Shown one piece after another: positions 17,801 to 27,437 of a stretch of 64,000 bases of DNA (positions within the stretch are counted from its first letter, which is position 1; each line of letters begins with the position of its first letter). The notes under the pieces were generated by a model. It was not told where the DNA came from. It searched no databases and saw only the letters and a program-made list of their open reading frames with translations. The position numbers were made by a program, and so were the translations under genes. This stretch comes from a virus (Duplodnaviria > Caudoviricetes). The stretch is taken from IMG/VR virus record IMGVR_UViG_3300038345_000087, positions 32,001-96,000 of that record; one strand, given 5' to 3'.

Positions 17801-20602
17801 GGAGCCACGCGGAAACTTTTAGAAGAACATGCTGGCGCAAAGTTCGTTGGTAGGTATAGTAATGGTACGGGTTATAAAGATAATGTTATCTATAGAAATG
17901 GCAATTATGCTCAGATAGCTAAAAGTTCGCCTTGGGTGGTTAATACTCCGTGGATGGATGAGGTGGAAGAGATTTCAACAGCAGTTAATAATATAATAGC
18001 TGCTTATCGCGATGTTCGCAGTAAAGAAAAAGAGGTACATGACGCATTTGATGGTTTGGTGGGTGATTGGGATGCAGATTTCAGATCTTTAACTGGTGAT
18101 GAACCGCCTGGATCACTTGATAACAACGCCCCTGACAAAGACGCTCTTCGTCGTGCCAAAGAAGAAGCTGCTCGCCAGAAGAAACAATGGCGTGATGATC
18201 TCAAAGAGGCTCAGGACCGCGCACGCGCCATCATTGATAACATCAAGAATTTCTACCAGCGTCAGATTAACGAGGTACTTCGTACTGCCAACGAACAGAA
18301 TTGGGACACCTCACTCACGGATGCTGCCGTCCGTGCCGTGGAAGGTCGCATGAACCTCGCCCTCTCCAATGCTCGCAAGGCGATTGCCGGTGTGCAAAAC
18401 GATTGGGGCACATTCAAGACGGAAATGGCCGCTGATATGCGGGAAATGGCGGATGAAACGGGTTATAATGAGTCTCAGCTGTTGTTGAACAGCATTCAAG
18501 AGGCTGATCCAGATGCCATCCGTAACCTGATTATGCAACTGTCCTCTAACCTCGAATTGCCTCAGAATGCAGCCATCGATGCCATCTGGAAGAATGCTTC
18601 GCACAATGAGACGAACATCGAGACAGCTGAACAGAAACGACGCAGGGAGGTACAGAAGCGACTCCTGGATGACAACTTCACTGGTAAGGTGGATAACGAA
18701 TACACTAATTCGATGGAAACTCTCGGTTTCTTCGACCTCTCTTCCGAACAGGCTAACACGTTGCTTGCGGGAGGGGAGGATGCTGAAGCCTTGCTCCAAC
18801 GTCGTGCTCAGGAAATAGGACAAGTGTTGCAACGTGCCCGTGAGACGAACTTGTTTGCAATCCAAGATAAATACGGATTGATGGAGGCTTTGTTTGGTAA
18901 GGATTGGCAGTCACAACCGACCGAATTGGCACATGTGCTTGAACTGACTGGCGATGACCTTCAAGTGTTCTATCGCGAACTGATTAAATACTCTGACTCT
19001 TATACTGAAGCCCTCAAACGCTCCCGTGAACGCCAGAAGAAAATCCTTGATGAGCAATGGATGAAAACTACCACATTCCATGCTAATGAGGATGCTCAGA
19101 AACAGACACAAATGCTTGCTTCTGGTGTGGGACAGTTTTCGGCGAATGTGCAACAGCAACAGGAGGCGGGCGAAAGCGTACCGCGTAAGGACACCTATGG
19201 CACGGCATCGTTTATCTCTTCGATGGGACATGACCCAGAGATAGATTCTTACCGTTTGAAGATGGAGGCTGCTGCTGCTTATTATGACTTCCTCAAAGCG
19301 CATCAAGCGGATGCTGAAACACTCCGTGACGCAGAACAGGCAATCCTTCAGTCAGAAATGGAGTATGCTAAATCGGTGGCAGAACAGATGAAGCAGCGCA
19401 TCAATGACATCTACGAACTTGCTGCTCCTATCGAGGACTTTGGTACAGAGGTGGGCGAAGCGTTCGCTACGATGACCGAGGATGCAGAAGAGGGACGTAA
19501 GGCCATGAAGAAGGCCATCGGCTCCATGATTAAAGCCTTTATGAAGCAGACCGTGGAAATGTCAAAGGAGTACATCAAGCGTCGCATGATGCAGAAGATG
19601 AACGACAAACTGACATCCAAGGCCATGAAGAAGTCTATCAAACTGGAGACTGGACTCGAACAGGATAAGCAAGATGCCGTTCTGGATGTGGCAAAGCAAG
19701 GCGGACAAGCTCGTACCTTCCTGAATGAAGAGGTGGAGGGCGATGTACTTCAGGCAAAGAAGGAAATCGGCAACGAGACTTTGATCACGCAACAGACACA
19801 GACGCAACAGGAGGTGCAGACCGAATCATCCAAGACTCAGGCGAACACCACAATGGGTATTGCCAGTGGTGCGTCTAAGATCATCGGCTCGCTTGGTTGG
19901 TGGGGCATTCCGCTTATCGCCGTTATCACTGCCTTGCTGAATGGCCTCCTGTCTTTTGCCATGAGCAAGGTGTCCTCGCTTTTTGGTGGAGGCAAGGAGG
20001 CTGGTGGCGATGAAGGTCCTAACGTCAAACTGGCTTCTGGTATGTTGACATACGACTCTGGTAACGTCCAAGCCTACGCGGGTGTTATCGATGGCAAGAC
20101 TTACCCCGTTGTGGGTTCCGACGGCAAGGTGTATGCAGCAAAGGATGGCGGCGAACTTTCTACGGGCCTTGTGAAAGACCCCATCACAACGCTCATCAAT
20201 GGTCAACCGGCTCTCGTAGCAGAAAAAGGCCCTGAAATGGTGATCGGTAGAGAAACAACAGCCGCAATGATGATGGCTCGGCCTGATATTATCGCTGAGA
20301 TAGTGAAGTTCGATAAGAACCGCTCTGGCCAAACGTACCGTGCTTACGATGCTGGTAATATCGCGGAACTGATAGCCAATGGTACTGTGCCAAACGGTTT
20401 ACCCGTTGGGGAAAATGGCCTCACTCCCGAAGATATTGCCTCTCTCCGTTCTTCTCTGGATGGCTTTGCCGCTGTCATGGCTCTTATACAGAAGAATGGC
20501 TTGCACGTCAACAAGTTTGGTCGCGGGTCTGTCACAGAGGCTTCCGCATCCGGCGCAAAATTCATGCGTCAGAACTCCGGCGATCGTCTTTGGCGTGGGT
20601 AA
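14876..20602 (+). CDS. Tail tape measure protein
   Basis: 1908 aa, helical and Ala/Gln-rich; TP901-type core (FSDQLADIRKVSGL...) and hydrophobic segments. Confidence 0.85.
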   Translation: MDKKTEVVITCNSKQPVAAVRAMETELKKLQGTYQQLVQAGKAGTERAKTMAHEIKELSIAIKEGKANMDKIVSVTNNLSQSSLSQLQRALRQVKKEMSRVSTDSPKLDDLRMKYKAITDQIKILSGEMLNIKKHIGNLSGVTDSWLQKAVQQQKALVQQTRQGTSEYNKQMSVLSQLSTEQARRAVSTISSGTASAEQLRSARAALVSHRDMIGSGGIQVQGNQATEIAKINEELKKADAQLDTIAGKEQKLVYSTQEIADKANQIIMDPKKFTPKEIETALTNVNNKLKEIPLNDPFRKQLKQSATQLKAILDGVDKELIDIKNLLQPQNLKKASLEQLKNAATQLEKEMAKLNRDTQEYINKKSQLATIRGEIDKATGSVHKQSSAWQTTLRNMSAYFGAFQLFSMAIQKVQAFFRLNLKFSDQLADIRKVSGLAMQDINNLANSLAKLDTRTTIQELNEIAYAGAKLGMGKYGTAGLEQFVRAANQVNVALKEDLGQDALTALSKITEVMGLIPKMGVEKSMLAVGSAMFQLSATSTATSNNIVEFSKRLTGMARTAGITTDQLLALGSASDAMYLMPEVASTAFNKLITSLQTKHNLIEQELQIEPGTINNLYSAGKTMDAIVLILEKMKAKGNMNALQGVFKDLGSEGARLVNVMVTMSKNVDMLKDHLATSEEAFSEATAVTQEYAIQQETANALMERASNIWEKSFINPKGVDNVKELAQQWYNLTRTLTESTFFMAQAKAAIWLLISSIKILIALLPVLIEFFLFRGAYAAIMAVVRGFVALRTAIQAATVAQHGLNAAQKANLFGLIATLIAAAVSWFITYREKAEDAAEAQQTVNHALADAQAEYMKTKKKLDDYVKALDDANISEDTRQRLLRSFNKDYRIYLDKLGIEVNSVNDLKTAYAKLNDEIKKKAYYELRERTLQSYVGDAQTEQANAMIEFQKVMKKYGLDVNADYVVNNQHLGMVGATRKLLEEHAGAKFVGRYSNGTGYKDNVIYRNGNYAQIAKSSPWVVNTPWMDEVEEISTAVNNIIAAYRDVRSKEKEVHDAFDGLVGDWDADFRSLTGDEPPGSLDNNAPDKDALRRAKEEAARQKKQWRDDLKEAQDRARAIIDNIKNFYQRQINEVLRTANEQNWDTSLTDAAVRAVEGRMNLALSNARKAIAGVQNDWGTFKTEMAADMREMADETGYNESQLLLNSIQEADPDAIRNLIMQLSSNLELPQNAAIDAIWKNASHNETNIETAEQKRRREVQKRLLDDNFTGKVDNEYTNSMETLGFFDLSSEQANTLLAGGEDAEALLQRRAQEIGQVLQRARETNLFAIQDKYGLMEALFGKDWQSQPTELAHVLELTGDDLQVFYRELIKYSDSYTEALKRSRERQKKILDEQWMKTTTFHANEDAQKQTQMLASGVGQFSANVQQQQEAGESVPRKDTYGTASFISSMGHDPEIDSYRLKMEAAAAYYDFLKAHQADAETLRDAEQAILQSEMEYAKSVAEQMKQRINDIYELAAPIEDFGTEVGEAFATMTEDAEEGRKAMKKAIGSMIKAFMKQTVEMSKEYIKRRMMQKMNDKLTSKAMKKSIKLETGLEQDKQDAVLDVAKQGGQARTFLNEEVEGDVLQAKKEIGNETLITQQTQTQQEVQTESSKTQANTTMGIASGASKIIGSLGWWGIPLIAVITALLNGLLSFAMSKVSSLFGGGKEAGGDEGPNVKLASGMLTYDSGNVQAYAGVIDGKTYPVVGSDGKVYAAKDGGELSTGLVKDPITTLINGQPALVAEKGPEMVIGRETTAAMMMARPDIIAEIVKFDKNRSGQTYRAYDAGNIAELIANGTVPNGLPVGENGLTPEDIASLRSSLDGFAAVMALIQKNGLHVNKFGRGSVTEASASGAKFMRQNSGDRLWRG

Positions 20603-20684
20603 TTCGCAAGGAGTCGCCAAAGGCTCCCACATTGGGTTCTTTTCAATAAAAGTTCGGTATGGTTTTCCCATACCGTTCTTTTTT

Positions 20685-20720
20685 TTGTTCCGTTTACTTC
20701 CCCTGTTTCCCCTATCTTTG
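20685..20720 (+). promoter_or_regulatory. Putative late promoter TTGTTCCG-N20-TATCTTTG
   Basis: Exact motif and spacing; preceded by the terminator-like hairpin CGGTATGG/CCATACCG plus a T run. Confidence 0.7.
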
Positions 20721-20742
20721 CTTTTGAAATTTGAAATCTATT

Positions 20743-21870
20743 ATGGCCGTACATATCAATCTTCACCTTCCGACTTCCTATAACCGCTGTTCTCTACCAG
20801 AACTGCGTGCTATCGCTGCTGTTATGAGTGACTGTGCCCTTCGTGCTTCCCGTTTCCATCCGTTTGACATGATGGAAGTGAAGGTGGCCGTGTTTCTCAG
20901 ACTGACAAACCTCGAAATAGTAGAACCGCTTAATCCACGTGTTCCTGTTGAGGAACAGTACTACGTTGTGCGCACGCTTCCCTATACTGTCAATGATGAA
21001 GAAAGAAGGTGGTTCCGTGTGTTTCGATGGCATCGCAACTTAAAAGCGTGGTGCCGTCGCCATATCCTCGGACATGATGATTCCTTTTCGCTGTATCTCT
21101 GGCAAATACACTCCTGGTTATCTTCATCTAAGAGTCGTGTGACGGGAAAGGTTACGCCTGGCCTTTTGGACTGGCTGGATGCCGACAACCCAGATTCGTT
21201 ACTTATATTCCCGTTATCTTCCATTCGTCGAAGTCACCGTGCCAGATGGTTTCCCTTCGGGTCTAAAGTTACTTTCGCTGGCCCCGCACCCCTGATGGAT
21301 GGATTTAGTTGGCAACGCTATCGCTTTGCTCAGGACTATATGCAGAATTATATCAACGCATCCAATCGCCTTCTCCAGTTGCAAAAGATGGGTAATCGCG
21401 CTTCTGCTGCCGACATCCTCCGCGCCTCCAAGAATCTTGACCTCGCAAAGGCTTTGTTCCTGGCTACCATTTTTTGTCGTCGCATCACTTATGTGGATGA
21501 AGAAACGGGGCGTACTAAGACGGATTATCGCTACCAATCTAACCAACATATAGACAATGCGCCATATTTCCGAAACTTCCCTGATACGGACTGGCAACTG
21601 GTCTTGTTGTGGTGGCAGGGTATGATGCACTACTTACAAAAGACGTACCCTAAAGTTTTTAAGAAACAAAAGGTATCGAAGGATCAGAAGGCGGCTAATC
21701 CGCTTGAACTCTATACTCGCACAACGGCCACAATGGAGAAATACATATCTGCCACGGCTTCTGAGGTGGATCACGAACCTTATACGACAATTCTTCAACA
21801 TATCGAAGATATCATCAAGAATAACGAGGAAATGGAACGCATCAATGCTTCCATGAAACGTAAATCATAA
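20743..21870 (+). CDS. hypothetical protein
   Basis: About 375-aa ORF after the late-type promoter. Confidence 0.6.
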   Translation: MAVHINLHLPTSYNRCSLPELRAIAAVMSDCALRASRFHPFDMMEVKVAVFLRLTNLEIVEPLNPRVPVEEQYYVVRTLPYTVNDEERRWFRVFRWHRNLKAWCRRHILGHDDSFSLYLWQIHSWLSSSKSRVTGKVTPGLLDWLDADNPDSLLIFPLSSIRRSHRARWFPFGSKVTFAGPAPLMDGFSWQRYRFAQDYMQNYINASNRLLQLQKMGNRASAADILRASKNLDLAKALFLATIFCRRITYVDEETGRTKTDYRYQSNQHIDNAPYFRNFPDTDWQLVLLWWQGMMHYLQKTYPKVFKKQKVSKDQKAANPLELYTRTTATMEKYISATASEVDHEPYTTILQHIEDIIKNNEEMERINASMKRKS

Positions 21871-21898
21871 ATTCATCAAATCATCAATTCATTAAATT

Positions 21899-22171
21899 AT
21901 GAATACAGAAAAACTTTATTCTCGCGTCCTCGAAATTCTTATGGCGCGTTATGACTCTCCATCCATGCCTCCGGCTTCGGAGATAACGATTGACAGTTCT
22001 CTTTCTGAGGATTTGGGTATGGAATCGCTCGACATCGTAGATTTCATCATCGGCTGTGAGACGGCTTTCGACATCAAATTGGATATGGCCGACGCGAAGA
22101 ATGTTCATACCATTCGTGATCTTATTGACTTTATTCTGGAAGTGAAGCCTTCGTTATGCAACCAACTTTAA
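21899..22171 (+). CDS. Acyl carrier protein
   Basis: 90 aa, acidic; EDLGMESLDIVDF contains the phosphopantetheine Ser; FDIKL..., TIRDLIDFI. Confidence 0.85.
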   Translation: MNTEKLYSRVLEILMARYDSPSMPPASEITIDSSLSEDLGMESLDIVDFIIGCETAFDIKLDMADAKNVHTIRDLIDFILEVKPSLCNQL

Positions 22172-23526
22172 TCACAGGCATTGGCATCTGGTCCTGCATA
22201 GGGGAGAATCGTCAGATTGTGGAGCAATCATTACGTGCCGGACGTTCTGGCATTGGTACGGATTATCGGCGCACGGAATATGGCTATCAGTCGCCGCTCA
22301 CGGGGGTTGTCCCAGAACCAGACCTGTCACATGAACCACTGCGTAATAGCCAACGCCGTTGCTTGGCTGAACAATCAGCTTATGCTTACTTTGCTGTGAA
22401 GGAGGCTATTGCTCAAGCGGGTCTCACACCTGAACAACTACGCCATGCCGCGCTTATCGTGAGTAATGACAGTTGTGCCGCTGCTGCCTCCGAAACGGAG
22501 GAGGTAATGGCCTTGCACCATGATAGCCGACGTTTGGGTGGTTTCCATGTGTTCAAGTCACTCAATAGTACAACGTCGATGTCATTGGCTTCGATCTTCG
22601 GAATTGGCGGATTGTCCCTCTCCCTCTCTGCCGCTTGTGCTGGTGGTGGCCATGCTATTGGTCTTGCACACTCTCTTATCAATGCCGGCGTGATAGATAC
22701 GGCTATTGTTGTGGGTGCTCAGGAGGTGGGGCTTCATTCCTACACCGCCTTTGATGCACTTGGCGTATTCAGTAAAAACGTGGAAAATCCGTCGGGGGCT
22801 TCACGCCCATTTGATGTGCATCGTGACGGTCTTGTGCCTTCTGGTGGTGCTGCGTGTATCATATTGGAGTCCCGTGCGTCTTTCTCGTTTCGCCTTCCCC
22901 AAGTGGATTCTCCCTGTGCGCTCGCTGCTGTTGTTGGCTATGGTTTCTCGACATCGCCCAATGTGGTATCTCCATCTTCAGAAAGCATCCTCGCGGCTAT
23001 GAAGATGGCTATGGGATGTCACCACTTATCTGTCGCGGCTCACCTCTCTACAATCTTTCCGCACGCAACATCTACACGCGATGGGGACCGTGCCGAAGCA
23101 GAAGCCATCACATCACTTCTTCAGTCCGTTCCAGATAATCCTCTCAGCATCTATGCTTGTCTTGGAAATCAGCTTGTAGATCCTCATGCCTCATATAGCA
23201 TGAATCCGTCAGAGATAGATGGTGTTTCTTCGTGTGGTGGTTTCATAAAAAAACCGTTAGTGATTCCAACTAAGGCTCTAACAGGCCATGAATGTTGGAT
23301 GGCTGGTGTATCTCAGATAGTGTATGCTATAATCCAGTCGCAAGGCGGCTTCGCTACCCCGCACCCCAATTTATCAGAGAAAGACTTGGCAGCATCATCC
23401 TTGCACATTCCTACGGATTTGCAACAGTATGACCATACGCTCTTCCTTTGTAACGCATTTGGATTCGGAGGCACGAACTCTTCCCTCTTGCTTGCTGCAC
23501 CATCCATGATACCATCTTTGGAATAG
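22156..23526 (+). CDS. Beta-ketoacyl-ACP synthase (FabB/FabF family)
   Basis: ITGIGIWS, catalytic SAACAGG, SRPFDVHRDGLV, HATST, KALTGH, NAFGFGGTN. Confidence 0.9.
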   Translation: MQPTLITGIGIWSCIGENRQIVEQSLRAGRSGIGTDYRRTEYGYQSPLTGVVPEPDLSHEPLRNSQRRCLAEQSAYAYFAVKEAIAQAGLTPEQLRHAALIVSNDSCAAAASETEEVMALHHDSRRLGGFHVFKSLNSTTSMSLASIFGIGGLSLSLSAACAGGGHAIGLAHSLINAGVIDTAIVVGAQEVGLHSYTAFDALGVFSKNVENPSGASRPFDVHRDGLVPSGGAACIILESRASFSFRLPQVDSPCALAAVVGYGFSTSPNVVSPSSESILAAMKMAMGCHHLSVAAHLSTIFPHATSTRDGDRAEAEAITSLLQSVPDNPLSIYACLGNQLVDPHASYSMNPSEIDGVSSCGGFIKKPLVIPTKALTGHECWMAGVSQIVYAIIQSQGGFATPHPNLSEKDLAASSLHIPTDLQQYDHTLFLCNAFGFGGTNSSLLLAAPSMIPSLE

Positions 23527-23562
23527 GGTAGTGCGCATATATGGTGTTTCTCTGTCTTGTAT

Positions 23563-23594
23563 GCCGCCGTAACGCGGCGGCTGGTATCTTTTTT
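23563..23594 (+). terminator. Terminator-like hairpin
   Basis: GCCGCCG-TAACG-CGGCGGC followed by a T-rich tract. Confidence 0.5.
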
Positions 23595-24440
23595 CAATCT
23601 TCTTATTCGTCGGATTTCATTCGGAGGCTGCCGTCAGGCACGCCTCCGCCAAAGGTATCTAAACCCACATCGCGCCAGCCTAAACATAAGAGACGCGCTT
23701 TTCTTTCTCTTGTATAGAGAAAGGCGCATAATACCCCAATTTAATTCGGGTACAAAATTACAATTATTTTTTCGCCCCGCCAAACATTTCTGGAGAAATC
23801 TTCTGTTTGGACTTCATTTTGTGTTCTTTTTCCCCGAAAAGACGCTAAAAGTCCCCAAAAGGATGGTATCATTGTCGCTGAAAATCCCTCAGATAACGCT
23901 TTTTCCGCATGATTTCGCCCGTCAAAAGGAGAAAATGATGGATTTTTCCATACCTCCCAAATTATTTTGCGTCAGAATCTTCTTAGGGGAACGGGGAAAC
24001 CCCGTACCTCAAAAGTAATTGAGCAATAATGCGAAAGCTCTGCTTTCTTCTTTGTTGTTCAGTAAGTTATGTGGAGGAAATATGAAAGCAACAATGTGGG
24101 CGAATTTGGTTTTTTGTGCCTTTTTCCTCTAATTCATTTTTTCTCATGTATGCGTAATGTTATTGAAAAAGAGGGTAAAATAACTTTTTACCTATAAATA
24201 TAGTTGTATTCCAGATAGTTTCCATAATTTAATTTTCTCTTTTCTCCGACTTTTCCCATCTTTTTACAACTTTACACTTGGTAAAAATCATCACCGAAAT
24301 CGGTTGTAGTCATAGTTGCAAGGAAAAAAGAAGAGTCAAGGGATAAATCTGTTTCTGATGAATGGTGAAATAACTTTCTTTCCCCGAAAATGGATGCCAA
24401 AACCCGAAAATAAAGCTCTGAAGTGTTAAAAATTAGCCAT

Positions 24441-24497
24441 AAATCAGAATAAAACCGCGAAATTGTTTTGTAAATCCAAATAAAACCTTTATTTTTG
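24441..24497 (+). promoter_or_regulatory. Early-type promoter with putative operator
   Basis: TATTTTTG -7 element at 24490-24497; AAATCAGAATAAAACC (24441-24456) is identical to 594-609. Confidence 0.55.
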
Positions 24498-24531
24498 CAC
24501 TTGAAATCAGTAATTCAAACAGATTAAAACA

Positions 24532-24921
24532 ATGTATAAGTATTTTTTCGTCCTAAATTGGCTAATACTTGGAATGGTCGTGCTTATCTATAATCAGATC
24601 GTTCCCTTGTTGCATGGGTATAGTGTACTCGCAGGATCCATATTCGCGGCGATGCTTTCTGGTGGATTGGTGTCGTGGCAGTTCTTCCGTGACAGTGATT
24701 CCGAAAAGGAGTGGAAATGGCGTAAACGCTATTTCCAAAAGGACTACGGAATCGAAGTGTCCGTTCAGGCGATTATAGCTGTTATCGGACTTGGGCTTTG
24801 TTGCTTGATATGGTCGAAGCTGCATGTCATTACTGGATTTGCCGTCACCTATTGTTTTAATGTCCTTATAGAATGGGGTTGGGCTAAGGCTCATCATTGG
24901 GGTAAATACGCCCGTCACTGA
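24532..24921 (+). CDS. Membrane protein
   Basis: About four hydrophobic segments. Confidence 0.6.
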   Translation: MYKYFFVLNWLILGMVVLIYNQIVPLLHGYSVLAGSIFAAMLSGGLVSWQFFRDSDSEKEWKWRKRYFQKDYGIEVSVQAIIAVIGLGLCCLIWSKLHVITGFAVTYCFNVLIEWGWAKAHHWGKYARH

Positions 24922-24942
24922 TATACATATATATAATAAGGT

Positions 24943-25953
24943 ATGTTCAACGTCCTTTGTTCCATATATACAGATGCCCATGACAACAGTGGTCGCTTTG
25001 TTGACCGCGAGACGGGCGAGGTCATTCAGCAGATGACCATACACGACTTCTGCCTCACAGACAGATGGAAGCCGGTGGTGGACCAGCTGCGTGGGATGGT
25101 GGCGCAATATGGGGCAAAGGCAGCGAAGGCCCGTGATGAATACAAACAGACTAAAACGCTACTCCCTGGGGCTACGTTATCTGGTCTCTTTGAACTGCGT
25201 GAGGTGGAAACGGAGAAGGTGAATAAGCGTACAGGGGAGGTATTCATGGCGAAGGAATGGGTGTCACGTCGCACGGCACATCTACTCCAGCATACAGGCT
25301 TCCTTTGTATAGACATTGACCTTCAGGACAATCAGAGTCTTGCGGATATGAAGATTATCCTACGTACACTTCGACATCGGCCAGAAGTGGCTCTTTTGAT
25401 GCAGTCGTGCTCTGGTACAGGTTATTTCGCTCTTATTCCATTGGCTTATCCGCAATATCATAAAGAACATTTCCGTGCTCTCCTTCGTGATTATGCCGCT
25501 CTTGGCATCAAAATAGACAAACAATGTGGTGATGTTACCCGCATTCGATTTGCCTCTTATGATGCAGATCCTTATATAAACAGCAATGCGATTCCATACT
25601 CAGGTATAGACCTCGGACAACAGATGTTGGCACCAAAGGCAGCGGTCTATTCGCCTCGTTCTGAAAGTACGGATGACCTGGTGAATAAGGTGGGTATTCT
25701 TGTGGAGAAACTGGAACGGCATCATGTAGATATCACTAACGATTACGGCGACTGGTTTCGGGTAGGTTTCTCGCTGGCGAACCTTCCAGAACCTTGGGGC
25801 CGTCAATTCTTTCATCGGGTTTCGGCCATCTGTGAGAAATACAATCCATCCATTTGTGATCAGAAGTTTAATACGCTTCAGCAACCAGATCGTATAGGCA
25901 TTGGTACGTTTTTCTCCATCTGCGCTGACTATGGCATAACACTTAAAAGTTAA
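24943..25953 (+). CDS. VirE N-terminal (BT4734-like) + PriCT-2 domain protein
   Basis: KTLLPGATLSG, HTGFLCIDID, SCSGTG, DVTRIRFASYD; C-terminal DITNDYGDWFRVGFSLA. Confidence 0.75.
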   Translation: MFNVLCSIYTDAHDNSGRFVDRETGEVIQQMTIHDFCLTDRWKPVVDQLRGMVAQYGAKAAKARDEYKQTKTLLPGATLSGLFELREVETEKVNKRTGEVFMAKEWVSRRTAHLLQHTGFLCIDIDLQDNQSLADMKIILRTLRHRPEVALLMQSCSGTGYFALIPLAYPQYHKEHFRALLRDYAALGIKIDKQCGDVTRIRFASYDADPYINSNAIPYSGIDLGQQMLAPKAAVYSPRSESTDDLVNKVGILVEKLERHHVDITNDYGDWFRVGFSLANLPEPWGRQFFHRVSAICEKYNPSICDQKFNTLQQPDRIGIGTFFSICADYGITLKS

Positions 25954-25973
25954 TTATAACTCTCAATTTATAT

Positions 25974-26858
25974 ATGAAAACAATTACACCATCTGCCGAA
26001 TTATGGCAACAACCTGAAGATTGGCATGAACATGTGGCTCGCTGTGCTCGTGTTTGCTATGCTTCTGAAACAGGCTCTCTCACACCTGAAGTGTTCTGTG
26101 ACTCACTCATCAAGAAAGTCCACCTTTCAATGTTTCGTCATGCCAGTCGATATTTTGTGTTCATGGTGGAGAATGTTGAACCGAAGTTCCCACAATGGAT
26201 TTGTAATGTACTCACTAATTCTCCATTCGTCGCTTGTGTCTATAAGAAGATAAAGCACCAAGGACGTATTTATTTCGTATCGACTAATGAACAGTTCCTT
26301 ATGGAGCACCCGAAGTATTTTGAGGAACTTCGGGGCTATGAGGTAACGGTAAGTGATTTCGTACAGAAGGTAGAGGAACATAGTTTTCCTATGGCTCTTA
26401 ACGTACTTCGTTATACAGTCTGTGTGACAACACAGATATCTACTTCTCGCGAATTGAATCGTACTTCACCAAACAACATCGCGGAACAGTCAACGCGCTT
26501 CGTGAACTTCGGTAAGAAGGGTGGTATCACCATTTGTACGCCGCATTGGTTCCAGTGTGCTCATTGGTCTAAAAGACTGTTGGCACATGTCACATGGAAA
26601 CTCGGCGAATGTGCCTATAATTTTGCTATTCGTCTCGGATTGCCGGCACAAGATGCCCGTGGATTCCTGCCGCTTGATACGGCTACACGTGTGGTATATA
26701 CTTATTCAGTTTTTGAGTGGAAGCACATTATGGGACTTCGCCTCGTTGGTTCGACGGGCAAACCACATCCAAACGCTCAAATAGCTGCACAACTGATACA
26801 CGATGCGATAATTCCCGTAATGCGTATCTATGGAGGAGAAAAGGCCAAATTAGTATAA
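25974..26858 (+). CDS. thyX: FAD-dependent thymidylate synthase
   Basis: ARCARVCY, HLSMFRH, SRELNR...EQSTRFV, QDARGFLP, LRL...PHP. Confidence 0.8.
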   Translation: MKTITPSAELWQQPEDWHEHVARCARVCYASETGSLTPEVFCDSLIKKVHLSMFRHASRYFVFMVENVEPKFPQWICNVLTNSPFVACVYKKIKHQGRIYFVSTNEQFLMEHPKYFEELRGYEVTVSDFVQKVEEHSFPMALNVLRYTVCVTTQISTSRELNRTSPNNIAEQSTRFVNFGKKGGITICTPHWFQCAHWSKRLLAHVTWKLGECAYNFAIRLGLPAQDARGFLPLDTATRVVYTYSVFEWKHIMGLRLVGSTGKPHPNAQIAAQLIHDAIIPVMRIYGGEKAKLV

Positions 26859-26877
26859 CTTTTAATTCAATAAACAA

Positions 26878-27432
26878 ATGAAAACATTTCTCTACATTCT
26901 AAAATCTCTGCTTATTGCAGTTGTTGTGATCGTCGCTGTGATGGTCTCTGAACATTTCCTTGGTCACATGTGGACGGAAGCCATTTTGTTGATTCTCTTG
27001 TTGACGATGATTGTATTTGATGTAACCCGTAAAAAGGAGAAACATAATTTATCCATTACGATTCACAAGCAGGAGGTGACAACAGAAGGGATTTTGGCTT
27101 TTCTTGAAGAGATAGGCAATGATAAAGCCATATCTATTCTTGACAAAGTGGATAGTTGTATTCAACCTCCATTCGCTGAACTCAATCCAGAACAACAGGT
27201 GATGAAGTCTGAGGAGAATGCTATCCGCACTCGACTTCGTGAAACGCTGAAATTCCTGTCCTCTGACACCTTCAAGTCTTGGTCTGATGAAAAGCAGATG
27301 GCACTACGCCGTCAGGTGGGTGCTATGATTTTGTATCATGGCACGCTGTATAATCGCTGCACCGACGAAGGGGTACTTATTGAAAGAAAAGAAGAAACTA
27401 CCGTATCTGCTGATGCGGATAAAGAAGAGTAG
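26878..27432 (+). CDS. hypothetical protein with two N-terminal TM helices
   Basis: Hydrophobic N-terminus and helical C-terminal domain. Confidence 0.55.
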   Translation: MKTFLYILKSLLIAVVVIVAVMVSEHFLGHMWTEAILLILLLTMIVFDVTRKKEKHNLSITIHKQEVTTEGILAFLEEIGNDKAISILDKVDSCIQPPFAELNPEQQVMKSEENAIRTRLRETLKFLSSDTFKSWSDEKQMALRRQVGAMILYHGTLYNRCTDEGVLIERKEETTVSADADKEE

Positions 27433-27437
27433 TAGAA

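Noticed and set aside
23557-24018. 153-aa ORF
   Set aside because: GTG/TTG-type start, F/L/R-rich composition typical of AT-rich non-coding DNA, and it overlaps hairpins.
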